In this document: positions 55,835 through 64,000 of the stretch, piece after piece
Layout of the letters: each line of letters opens with the position of its first letter
How positions within the stretch are numbered: the first letter of the stretch is position 1
Virus record (IMG/VR): IMGVR_UViG_3300022223_000001
Location: 4,805 to 68,804 of that record
Reading direction: 5' to 3' (one strand)
DNA: 64,000 nucleotides
DNA from: a virus
The notes under the pieces: generated by a model
What the model saw: only the letters and a program-made list of their open reading frames with translations
Told to the model about the DNA's origin: nothing
The model's database searches: none
Translations under genes and position numbers: made by a program

Positions 55835-57171
55835 GCCTCGACTCCATCGTCTCCGTAACCATCGACAAGGTCGACGCGAGCCTCGAGCGCACGGCCTTCG
55901 ATGCGGTCCTGATCGCCGGCTACCACACGGTCTGGGTAGGGCCCGAGAAGACGCGGTTCTACAGCGCCTCCGGTGGCCTGGCCGCGATGGTCACCGACGG
56001 CTTCCTGGCGACCGACCCGATCTACCTGTGCGCGCAGGCCTTCCTCGCGGCCAATCCGCACGTCAGCGGCTTCAAGATCGGCAAGCTGGACTCGGCGCCA
56101 AGCTGGACCGGGCAGATCACGCCGGTCAACGTCACCGAGGGCTTCGTCTACGACTTCGACGTCATCTCGCATGCCGGGGTGAGCACCAACATCACCTACA
56201 CGAATGGGGCCGCCGAGACCGTCGCCACGGTCGTTGACGCACTGGTCGCTGCGATCACCGCCATCACCGCCATCACCGCAGCCGACGACATCACCCATGC
56301 CACGGTGACCACCGACGGCGTGGGTGAGCTGGCGGCCATCGTGAGCACGCACTCTCGCGCCGACCTCAAGGTGGAGAACCTGACCGCCGACCCCGGTCTG
56401 GCGACCGACCTCACGGCCATCGAGGCGGCCGACGACGCATGGTACGGCCTGCTGCTGGCCTCCAACAGCCCGGCCGAGGTGCTGGCGGCCATGGCCTGGG
56501 CGGAGAGCCGCACGAAGCTGCTGGGCACCACAGCGAGCGACAGCGAGTGCAAGGACGCTGCGGTCACCGACGACGTGATCAGCACCTCGCAGACCAACAG
56601 CTACTTCCGTAGCTGGATCCAGTTCTGCGAGAACGACCTCGACTACGCCGCCGCCACGCTGATGGGCGAGGAGTTTCCGTTCCAGCCCGGCTCGCGCACC
56701 TGGGAGTACAAGACGCTTCCGGGCGTCGCGGTCTCTCCGCTTACCGCGGCCGAGGTCGCCGCGCTCATCGGCAAGAACGCCGTCATCTACGTCACGGTCG
56801 CCGGCCGCAACGTCACCCGCAACGCCAAGACCCCGGGCGGCGAGTGGATCGACGTCACGCACGGCATCGATGAGATGCACGCGCGGATGCAGGAGGACGT
56901 CTTCGGCGTGCTCGTGTCCAACGGCAAGGTCCCCTACACCAAGGCCGGCGTCGCCCTGGTGGTCAATCCGGTGCAGGGCGTGCTGGACGCGCGCGCCGAC
57001 GAGTCGATCGGCTTCATCGCCAAAGACCCCGCGCCGGTCGCCAGCGGTCCGGACCCGAAGACCGTCAGCGCCGCGGACAAGGCCGTTCGCAAGCTCCCGA
57101 ACGTCAACTTCAGCTGCACGCTCGCCGGCGCCATCCACGCCGTCAACATCAACGGCAAGGTCTCGGTGTAA
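55831..57171 (+). CDS. Contractile tail sheath (DUF3383)
   Basis: IVSV.I, WYG, PGS.TW.YKTL.GV, GEWIDV..G.D, KVPYT..G, LAGAIH.V.I.G. Confidence 0.9.
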   Translation: MSLDSIVSVTIDKVDASLERTAFDAVLIAGYHTVWVGPEKTRFYSASGGLAAMVTDGFLATDPIYLCAQAFLAANPHVSGFKIGKLDSAPSWTGQITPVNVTEGFVYDFDVISHAGVSTNITYTNGAAETVATVVDALVAAITAITAITAADDITHATVTTDGVGELAAIVSTHSRADLKVENLTADPGLATDLTAIEAADDAWYGLLLASNSPAEVLAAMAWAESRTKLLGTTASDSECKDAAVTDDVISTSQTNSYFRSWIQFCENDLDYAAATLMGEEFPFQPGSRTWEYKTLPGVAVSPLTAAEVAALIGKNAVIYVTVAGRNVTRNAKTPGGEWIDVTHGIDEMHARMQEDVFGVLVSNGKVPYTKAGVALVVNPVQGVLDARADESIGFIAKDPAPVASGPDPKTVSAADKAVRKLPNVNFSCTLAGAIHAVNINGKVSV

Positions 57172-57183
57172 CGGGAGGTTATC

Positions 57184-57609
57184 GTGGGCACCAAGCGACA
57201 CAACCCCGGTCAGATCATCTTCGCCTGGGCCGGGCTGAACATCCGGGGCTACGCGGCCGAGGGTTTCATCACCATCAACCGCACCTCCGAGGCTACCCAG
57301 TCGAGCGTCGGCGCCAACGCCGAGGTCACCGTCGAGGTGATCCCCGACGACCGCAAGCGGATTACGCTGCGGCTGCAGCGATCCAGTGACGACAACAAGG
57401 CGCTGACCAAGATTTTTCAGGCCCAGCGCACCAGCGGAGACGTGTTCTTTTCGCCTCTGCTCATCGAGGACCCGAACGTGGGCGACAAGCATGTGGCGCC
57501 CACGTGCTGGATCATGGACGAGCCCGATCCGGAGTACTCGGCGCAGGTCGGCATCTCCGAGTGGGTCTTCGAAGCGGCGAACATGCAGAGCTTCCACGGC
57601 GGGGTCTAG
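57184..57609 (+). CDS. Tail tube protein (DUF3277-like)
   Basis: P..I....G..I.GYA..FI, VGA..E, I.L.L...S..N..L, EW.F. Confidence 0.85.
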   Translation: MGTKRHNPGQIIFAWAGLNIRGYAAEGFITINRTSEATQSSVGANAEVTVEVIPDDRKRITLRLQRSSDDNKALTKIFQAQRTSGDVFFSPLLIEDPNVGDKHVAPTCWIMDEPDPEYSAQVGISEWVFEAANMQSFHGGV

Positions 57610-57611
57610 CC

Positions 57612-58190
57612 GTGGCGCTACGCACCGACGACCGGTTGATCGGCAAGCACACCTACCGGGTGCGCCAGCTGCCCTATCTTGAATCGCTCGCGGTGCTGCC
57701 GTACCTGCCGCAGATGCTCGGGCCGACGCTGGCCGCGGTGCTCGAGGGCACGGCCGACGGCGAACTCGCGGCGCTCATGTCGAGTGCTGCCAAGGGCGAC
57801 GGCGAGGAGGGCAAGGGCGGGCTGCTCAATGCCGACGTGTCGGCGCTCTTTCCGCTGCTGGCTCGCATTCTGCGCGAAGCTGCGATGCTGCCCGACGAAT
57901 CGATCGCGCGCGCGCTGCAGAGCGTTGCCAAGGCGTTCGCGAAGACCACGTGCATCGTGGGCTCGAAGGAGAAGTTCGGCGTCGACGAGGCGGAGCTTGG
58001 CCCGCTCGAAGCGGAGCACTGGCCCGCGCACTGGAGCGAGTGGGCCGGCTGGATCGCGTTCTGCATCGAGGTCAACTACAGCTCTTTTTTAGGCGACAAG
58101 CTCAGCGCCGGCGTCCTGTCGGGTCTGGCAAAGGCACCGTCGTCGTCCCAATCCCCGACGGCCTCGACTGGGGGGTCTGGCGGATCCTGA
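57612..58190 (+). CDS. Tail assembly chaperone (G)
   Basis: Between tube and TMP; ends ...EVNYSSFLG at a slippery site. Confidence 0.75.
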   Translation: MALRTDDRLIGKHTYRVRQLPYLESLAVLPYLPQMLGPTLAAVLEGTADGELAALMSSAAKGDGEEGKGGLLNADVSALFPLLARILREAAMLPDESIARALQSVAKAFAKTTCIVGSKEKFGVDEAELGPLEAEHWPAHWSEWAGWIAFCIEVNYSSFLGDKLSAGVLSGLAKAPSSSQSPTASTGGSGGS

Positions 58191-58324
58191 GCTCGCCGCG
58201 AATCACGGTGAGCCTGGTCGAGCTCGAGGAGCGATGGAGCGTGGACGACTGGCTGGACGCGCACTTGGCCCTGGACGTCTGGGACGAGCTCGAGCACCAG
58301 TCCAGAGCGCGGGCGGGCGGGTGA
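58085..58324 (+). CDS. Tail assembly chaperone -1 frameshift extension (GT)
   Basis: T TTT TTA at 58085-58091 is in register; the -1 frame is open to 58324 and ends SLVELEERWSVDDWLDAHLALD. Confidence 0.75.
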   Translation, partial: FFRRQAQRRRPVGSGKGTVVVPIPDGLDWGVWRILSSPRITVSLVELEERWSVDDWLDAHLALDVWDELEHQSRARAGG

Positions 58325-58328
58325 GGCG

Positions 58329-60164
58329 ATGATCGTCCGTGAGCTCATCACGCTGCTCGGCATCGAGGTCGACGACGGCGACATGCGCAAGGTCGACACC
58401 GCGGTCACGCGGTTCGAAGACCGGATGCGCAAGGTCGGCCAGTTCATCGGCGGATCGGTCTTCATCGCAGGCTTCGCGCGCGCCGCCGGCGCCGCCGTCC
58501 AGTTCGCTTCCGACGCCGAGGAGACGCTGAACGTCCTCCGCGAGACATTCGAGTCCAACGCGGCCGAGGTCGAGGCTTGGTCGGTGCGCGTGGCTCGCGA
58601 GGTGGGGCGCAGCGAGTTCCTGATGCGCGAGATGGCGGGCACCATCGGCGCCGTGCTCACGCCCATGATGGCGGGCAACACCCAGGCCTCGGCCGAGATG
58701 AGCACGCAGCTGGCGCAGCTCGCGGTGGATCTGGCCAGCTTCTTCAACTCGACGGAGAGCGATGCGCTGAATGCCTTGCGCTCGGCCATCACCGGCGAGG
58801 TCGAGCCGATGAAGCGCTTCGGCGTGGTGCTGACCGAGGCGAATCTTCAGAACTTCGCGCTCGAGCAGGGCATCCGCAAGCAGGTCAAGGCCATGAACCA
58901 GGCCGAGAAGACCGCGCTTCGCTACCAGGCGATCATGCACTTCACCGCCAAGGCGCAGGGCGACGCCGCGCGCACCGGTGACGGCTTTGCCAACGCGTCG
59001 CGGGCGGCGGCCGACGGCGTCAAGGACCTGGCCACGCGCATCGGCGATCGGCTGTTGCCTTTCGCGACTCGGCTGCTCATCTGGACCCGTGACACGACGC
59101 GCAGCTTCATCGAGTTCACGCAGCACAGCCACATCCTCGAAGCCGGCCTGATCACGATGGGGGCGGCGATCGCGGCGCTGGCGGTGGTGATGGTGGCGCC
59201 ATTCCTGCCGTTCCTGCTCACCGGGGTGAAGGTGGCGGCTCTGGTGGGTGCGATCACACTCGCGGTCGATGACCTGATCACGTTCTTCACCGGCGGCCAG
59301 AGCGTCCTGGGCGAGTTCATCGACCAGCTCTACGGCATCGGCACGGCCCAGCAGTTCGTCGACAACCTGAAAGACGGCTGGGACATCATGACCGAGTCGA
59401 TCGACAAGGCGATGTTGTCGGTCGCCGACTGGACGCTCGAGATGATCGACGCGTTCGGCGAGGGCAAGTCGGCCATGGCGGAGTTCGAGGAAAACTTTGA
59501 CCAGGTGTTCGGCGAGGGCACCCTTGCGAAGGTCAAAGAATGGGCCTCCAACGTCGTCTCGAGCATCTTTCCGATCTTCGGGTCGATGCGCCAGCTGGCC
59601 GAGCTGATTGGACTCGACGCCGCCGCGGGCCAGGCCGAGGGCGCGCTCCCTCGCGCCGTCACCAGAGGCATCGACTCCGCGGTGGTCACGGCGCGCAAGG
59701 GCTCCACCGGCGCGGGGCTACGCCTTGGTCGGGCCCGACAGCTCGAGGCCAAGCGCGCGGCCGGCAAGCTGACCGAGCGCGAGCGCACAGAGCTTTCGAG
59801 CATCACCGACCAGACCGATGGCCGCGCCTTCGAGACCTACAACGAACGCCGGCGCCGCGAGATTCAGGAAAAGCGCGATGCGCACCGGCGCGCAATCGAG
59901 GAGCGGCAGGCGGCGAACGACCGCGGGCTCGGCACCGCGATGGACCTCGCGCGACAGCGGGCTCAGGCGCGACAGAACGCCTTCACCTATGACGTTGCCG
60001 CCGCCCCGGCTCGCCGCAGCGCGCCAGCGAGCGTCAATGTCCCCATCGAGGCGAAGATCACGATCCACCAGGCCAGCGACCCGGCAGCCGTCGAAGCGGC
60101 CGTGCGGCGCGGCCTGAGCAGCGCCGTGGAGGACGCAGGCGCCGCGCTGTCGAGGGGAGGGTAG
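58329..60164 (+). CDS. Tape measure protein
   Basis: IVREL...LG, LA.DLASFFN, AL.S..TGE.EPM.RFG, hydrophobic middle. Confidence 0.88.
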   Translation: MIVRELITLLGIEVDDGDMRKVDTAVTRFEDRMRKVGQFIGGSVFIAGFARAAGAAVQFASDAEETLNVLRETFESNAAEVEAWSVRVAREVGRSEFLMREMAGTIGAVLTPMMAGNTQASAEMSTQLAQLAVDLASFFNSTESDALNALRSAITGEVEPMKRFGVVLTEANLQNFALEQGIRKQVKAMNQAEKTALRYQAIMHFTAKAQGDAARTGDGFANASRAAADGVKDLATRIGDRLLPFATRLLIWTRDTTRSFIEFTQHSHILEAGLITMGAAIAALAVVMVAPFLPFLLTGVKVAALVGAITLAVDDLITFFTGGQSVLGEFIDQLYGIGTAQQFVDNLKDGWDIMTESIDKAMLSVADWTLEMIDAFGEGKSAMAEFEENFDQVFGEGTLAKVKEWASNVVSSIFPIFGSMRQLAELIGLDAAAGQAEGALPRAVTRGIDSAVVTARKGSTGAGLRLGRARQLEAKRAAGKLTERERTELSSITDQTDGRAFETYNERRRREIQEKRDAHRRAIEERQAANDRGLGTAMDLARQRAQARQNAFTYDVAAAPARRSAPASVNVPIEAKITIHQASDPAAVEAAVRRGLSSAVEDAGAALSRGG

Positions 60165-60167
60165 GCC

Positions 60168-60893
60168 ATGGCCTTCGACCCCCTGCAGTCGCTCGTGGGC
60201 ATCACCTCCGACGCCAACGGCGTGATCGGCGGCATCTGGCTCGATGCCGTCGTGCGCGAGCTTCACACCATGCGCAACAAGGCCACCCGTCACCCGCTCG
60301 AGAGCGGTGCGGACGTGGTCGACCACGTCATTTCGGAGCCCGACAGCGTGGTGCTCGAGTGCAAGGTCACCAACTCGCCGATCCGGGTGCCGCAGAGCCA
60401 CGCAGCCGGCGCGCAGCCGGTGGAGCGCGAGATCGATGTGCCGTCGAGCACCGTCGACGTCCTGGGCCTCCAGCTCGACGCCGACATTGCGCTCGGCTTC
60501 GGGTCCGTGGGCCTGAACGCCACGGCCAAGCGCGCGCTGGTCAAGTTCATCGATGGGGCGCGCGGCCGCGTTGATGAGGTCTACGCGGAGCTGCAGGCCA
60601 TCATGGCCGCCAAGCGCGTCGTGGACATCCGCACGAGCCTGCGCGACTACACAGACATGATCATCGAGGACGTGAGCGCCCCGGTGGGCACCGGCGAAGG
60701 CGGCCGCGTGCTCAACTTCAGCGTGACCGCCGTGTCGATTCGCACGGCATCCAGTCGCATCGTCGACGCGCCCGTGCCCACGCAGAAGCGCGCGGAAAAG
60801 AGCCAGGACGCCGGAGTGCAGCCGGCGCAGAACGCGGACGAACAGGACGTCGGCGCCGAGAAGGCGTCGGTGCTGCACGGGCTGTTTTTCTGA
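60168..60893 (+). CDS. Baseplate/tail tube initiator (Dit-like)
   Basis: LDA...E.H......T.HP.E.G..V.DH...P, Y.DM.I. Confidence 0.8.
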   Translation: MAFDPLQSLVGITSDANGVIGGIWLDAVVRELHTMRNKATRHPLESGADVVDHVISEPDSVVLECKVTNSPIRVPQSHAAGAQPVEREIDVPSSTVDVLGLQLDADIALGFGSVGLNATAKRALVKFIDGARGRVDEVYAELQAIMAAKRVVDIRTSLRDYTDMIIEDVSAPVGTGEGGRVLNFSVTAVSIRTASSRIVDAPVPTQKRAEKSQDAGVQPAQNADEQDVGAEKASVLHGLFF

Positions 60894-61231
60894 TGCCGCA
60901 GCGAATCCCACTGCAGACCAGCGTTTCGAGCTTCCGCCAGCGGACGTCGCTCGATGGCGTGCCGTTCGAACTCGAGTTCCGCTGGAATGAGCGGGACGGC
61001 GCCTGGTACATGTCGATTGCCGACACCGACGGCAATCCGCTGCGCTCCGGCATCCGGCTCGCTGTCGACTCGCCCCTGCTGCACTCGCTCGTGAGCGACA
61101 CCCGGCCGAACGGCGAACTCTACGCCATCGACATCGAGGACAGCGGCGAGGAGGCGGGCTTCGACGACCTCGGCCAGCGGGTGGTGCTCTACTACGTCAC
61201 GGCGGCCGAGCGGGCCGTGCTGGAGGCGTAG
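60893..61231 (+). CDS. Baseplate protein
   Basis: IPL, LDG....L.FRWN.R...WYM.I...G..L..G..L. Confidence 0.75.
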   Translation: MPQRIPLQTSVSSFRQRTSLDGVPFELEFRWNERDGAWYMSIADTDGNPLRSGIRLAVDSPLLHSLVSDTRPNGELYAIDIEDSGEEAGFDDLGQRVVLYYVTAAERAVLEA

Positions 61232-62104
61232 GTGGCCAAGCTCTTCGACCGGCAGGTGAGGGTGGTGATCCACCGCCTCGAGCTGACGGGGCTGCGGGTG
61301 GCCTTTCAGATCGAGAAGTCGCTGCGCAAGGCGCCGAACCGGGCCGAGATCCGGGTCTGGAACCTCAACGCCGAGCACCAGCGCCAGCTGCAGGAGCAGC
61401 GCGACATCCCCGTGCAGCTGCAGGCGGGCTACGTGCAGCCGCCGCTGTCGTCGTCCACCGAGGCGGCACTCGCCGGCATCGGCCTTGAGCGCGCCCAGCA
61501 GGGGCTGCCGACGCTCTACCAGGGCGACCTGCGACGCGCCTTCACCGGGCGCGAGGGCCCGGACTGGGTGACGACGATCAGCAGCGGCGACGGCGAGAAG
61601 GCGGGCCAGCGCCAGCGCGTGAAAATGAACTTCCGGCCCGGGCTGCGCTGGCGCAAGCTGCTGCAGGACATGGCGAGCGCCGCCGGCGTGGGGCTCGGCA
61701 ACGCGCTGTCGGCTCTCGGCGGCCTGGTCGACCTCGAGGTCACCACCGGCACCGCGCTGTCGGGCTCGGCGCTCGACCAGCTCGACCAGATGCTGCAGAG
61801 CCAGGGCTTCGAGATGAGCGTGCAGGGCGGCGAGCTGCAAGTGCTGGGGAGCACCGGGGCGCTCAAGGGCAAGGCAGTGCTGCTGTCGGAGGCTACGGGG
61901 CTCGTCGACAGCCCGGAGCCGGGCAACGACGGGAAGATCAAGGTCCGGTCGCTGCTGCAGCCAGGACTCGAGCCCGGGCGGCTGGTGCGGCTGGAGGCCA
62001 AGCGCATAGGCGGCAACTTCCGCGTGGAGCGCTGGACCGGCGTGGGCGATACGCACGGCCAGGACTGGTATGCCGAAGTCGAACTCGGGCAGGTGAGCCC
62101 GTGA
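61232..62104 (+). CDS. Baseplate hub protein
   Basis: LR..F.I.K....PN.A.I...NL, L.AGY, SGDG, TGL..SP, LL.P.L.PG, GDTHG.DW. Confidence 0.85.
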   Translation: MAKLFDRQVRVVIHRLELTGLRVAFQIEKSLRKAPNRAEIRVWNLNAEHQRQLQEQRDIPVQLQAGYVQPPLSSSTEAALAGIGLERAQQGLPTLYQGDLRRAFTGREGPDWVTTISSGDGEKAGQRQRVKMNFRPGLRWRKLLQDMASAAGVGLGNALSALGGLVDLEVTTGTALSGSALDQLDQMLQSQGFEMSVQGGELQVLGSTGALKGKAVLLSEATGLVDSPEPGNDGKIKVRSLLQPGLEPGRLVRLEAKRIGGNFRVERWTGVGDTHGQDWYAEVELGQVSP

Positions 62105-62120
62105 GGGAAGGTGGTTGCTG

Positions 62121-62882
62121 ATGGATCTGGCCTACGTCATTGAGCAGGCGATCAAGACGGCGCTTCGGTCGGCGCGGGTGGCGCTGCCCGGGCGCATCGT
62201 GACCTACGACGCCGACGAGCAGACCGCGGAGGTGGAGCTGCAGCTCGAGGCGCCGCTGATGAAGCTGGACGCCCGCGGCGAGGTCATCCGCGGCCAGCAC
62301 ACCTACGAGGAGTTGCCGCGGCTCTACGCCGTGCCTGTGGGGCATCCGCGCGGCGGCGGCTTCTTCATCCACTTCCCGATGCAGCCGGGCGACTTCGTCT
62401 GGGTGATGTTCGCCGACCACAACCTCGACGAGTTCACCCGGACCGGCAAGGTGTCGAAGCCGAAGGACATCCGAAGCCACGAGTTCTACCCCTATGCGCT
62501 GCCGGCGGCAGATCCGGCCGTGCCAAACCGGATCCCGAGTCAGGGGGAGACGTGGGCGGCTCAGCGCCTGTGGATCGGAGCGGAGGGCTCCGGCGGCAAG
62601 GGCATCTTGATGGGCACCGACGGGAGTGTGAGCATCGGCGGCGAGTCCAACTTCCACTTCATGGTGAAGGGCAACACGCTGCAGGATCACCTCGACGACA
62701 TCAAAGCCGACCTCGACGACATGAAGGCGACGTTCGACGACCATCGCCACGTTGCGCCAAGCGGAGGTGGTCCGACCGACACGCCGGTCGATGCTACGCT
62801 GCCCACGCCTGGCCCCGTCACGTTCCCGACACCAACCACGCCGCCCGACGTGCGGAGCTCGAAGCACAAGATCGATCAGTAG
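62121..62882 (+). CDS. Baseplate spike (Gp138-like)
   Basis: VALPG.I..YD, VPV..PRGGG...FP..PGD...V.FAD; terminal HRH metal-binding motif. Confidence 0.85.
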   Translation: MDLAYVIEQAIKTALRSARVALPGRIVTYDADEQTAEVELQLEAPLMKLDARGEVIRGQHTYEELPRLYAVPVGHPRGGGFFIHFPMQPGDFVWVMFADHNLDEFTRTGKVSKPKDIRSHEFYPYALPAADPAVPNRIPSQGETWAAQRLWIGAEGSGGKGILMGTDGSVSIGGESNFHFMVKGNTLQDHLDDIKADLDDMKATFDDHRHVAPSGGGPTDTPVDATLPTPGPVTFPTPTTPPDVRSSKHKIDQ

Positions 62883-62893
62883 GGCGTGGTGAG

Positions 62894-63757
62894 CTACGGC
62901 GTGGCGCAGGGCTCCCATGAGGCCGCGTCGCCGTTCGTGCCGTAGGCGCAGACCCATCCCGGGTCGCCAGCGCTGGCGGCGTCAATGGACGGCGCTTCCG
63001 GCCATTGCGCGCCGGCGTTGTCTCCGAGCGGGGTAGAAGGCGGCGAGCCCCATCTCACGTAGTCGCAGATGGTCGTCGTGTCGCCCGCTGGCACGAGGGC
63101 GAGTTCGCCGCCGTCAGCGGACCGGCTGGAAGGCGGCAGGGAGCCGGCGGTGAGCTGAGCAGTGCTTTTCGCCAGGAGGCGCGACGTCGGGCAGGCCTCG
63201 GTCAGCGGCCGACACTGCAGCGGGTCCGAGGTGGAGCAGACATCGATCTGAGCCAGGCACAGGTCGGCGTTCGCTCTGTTGAGCACATGGAACCGCTCGA
63301 GCACACCCGACTCGAAACGTAGCCCAACCAACAGCTCATTGATCGGCGCCGAGATGCACTCGTCGGTCGTCACGTCACAGCCCTCGACCGTGCACGGGTC
63401 CCCGTCGTCGGGACACGATGAGGGATCACATCCCTCCGGCACCGCGGCGTCCACAACATAGCCTGGCTCCCCCCGTGGGCCAGGCGCCCCCGCGTCACCG
63501 TCCCTTCCATCGGTGCCATCGAGGCCGTCGGCCCCGTCGACTCCGCTGACGCCATTCGCGCCGTCGGCCCCGGTCAGCCCGTTGGCTCCGTCGGCACCAT
63601 CCATGCCTCTGGTCCCATCGATCCCCGTTTCTCCCCGCGGTCCAGCGTCGCCCGCGGGGCCAGGTGCTCCACTGGGACCGGCCGGGCCTGTGCAGGCGAG
63701 TACCGCCACGGCGACCGCCACGGCAGCGATTGCTTCAAGTATCGGATTCCTGGGCAT
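62894..63757 (-). CDS. Collagen-like Cys-rich lipoprotein (antisense moron in the baseplate module)
   Basis: Lipobox VLA|C; 25 consecutive G-X-Y triplets; CPDDGDPCTVEGCD repeat; GGGAGGG RBS. Confidence 0.8.
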   Translation of the reverse strand: MPRNPILEAIAAVAVAVAVLACTGPAGPSGAPGPAGDAGPRGETGIDGTRGMDGADGANGLTGADGANGVSGVDGADGLDGTDGRDGDAGAPGPRGEPGYVVDAAVPEGCDPSSCPDDGDPCTVEGCDVTTDECISAPINELLVGLRFESGVLERFHVLNRANADLCLAQIDVCSTSDPLQCRPLTEACPTSRLLAKSTAQLTAGSLPPSSRSADGGELALVPAGDTTTICDYVRWGSPPSTPLGDNAGAQWPEAPSIDAASAGDPGWVCAYGTNGDAASWEPCATP

Positions 63758-63868
63758 CAAACCCTCCCTGTGTCCGGTCCAGCCGGAGATCGTACACGAG
63801 TGCGGCCGGCGGGGTCACATGCCGTGTCGGCTGCCTGGCGCGGGGGCTCCCCTCCGGCCGCGCCACGA

Positions 63869-63894
63869 GGGGCCAGTTCACCGCTCCCTAGCCT
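63869..63894 (+). promoter_or_regulatory. Putative phage late promoter (baseplate wedge)
   Basis: GGGGCCAGTTCA-N8-TAGCCT-N6-GTG. Confidence 0.6.
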
Positions 63895-63900
63895 CTCCCT

Positions 63901-64000
63901 GTGGCACTGGCGCTCGACACCGACGGCGACATCGCGCTCGGCAGCGCGGGCATCCCGCACTTCATCGGCGGGGCCGATGAGGCCATCCAGCGGATGGGGG
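63901..64000 (+). CDS. Baseplate wedge/gp25-like protein, N-terminal fragment
   Basis: VALALDTDGDIALG....G.DEAIQR, open to the window end; expected position after the spike. Confidence 0.55.
   Translation, partial: MALALDTDGDIALGSAGIPHFIGGADEAIQRMG

Noticed and set aside
56253-56279. ATCACCGCC x3 in the sheath gene as a contingency repeat
   Set aside because: 9-bp in-frame unit cannot phase-shift; ordinary coding repeat

Overview
The window is most of the genome of a high-GC temperate myovirus (contractile tail). It starts inside a tail-fibre gene and ends inside a baseplate-wedge gene, so it looks like a circularly permuted or excised phage of slightly more than 64 kb. The host is probably a myxobacterium (Myxococcota). 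This is inferred from myxobacterial-style Cys/DAG-rich lipoproteins, a myxobacterial-type sigma70-region-4 protein, and an Mx8-like attP inside the integrase gene. Layout: tail fibre and lysis (1-5.8 kb, +); a long leftward early operon (6-27.8 kb, -) with DNA methyltransferases, SNF2 helicase, integrase, ParB, split RecD2, SSB-like and Cas4/RecB-like nuclease genes; a repressor/Cro/CII switch (27.8-30.4 kb); primase-helicase and an iteron origin (30.7-33.6 kb); middle genes; packaging, head and tail modules (42-64 kb, +). The top candidate for a new system is a MuF minor head protein fused to a DarT-like ADP-ribosyltransferase, translationally coupled to a small acidic protein and a DarG/TARG1-like macrodomain, i.e. 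a virion-borne ADP-ribosylation writer with immunity and eraser. Other unusual features: a C5 methyltransferase whose motif IX/TRD lies in a nested alternative frame, an XRE-HTH flanked by putative cleavage sites inside the prohead protease, a phage-specific leaderless late-promoter motif, RecD2 fractured by an HNH gene, and a 400-nt structured RNA region. All product calls come from motif recognition by eye; no database search was run.
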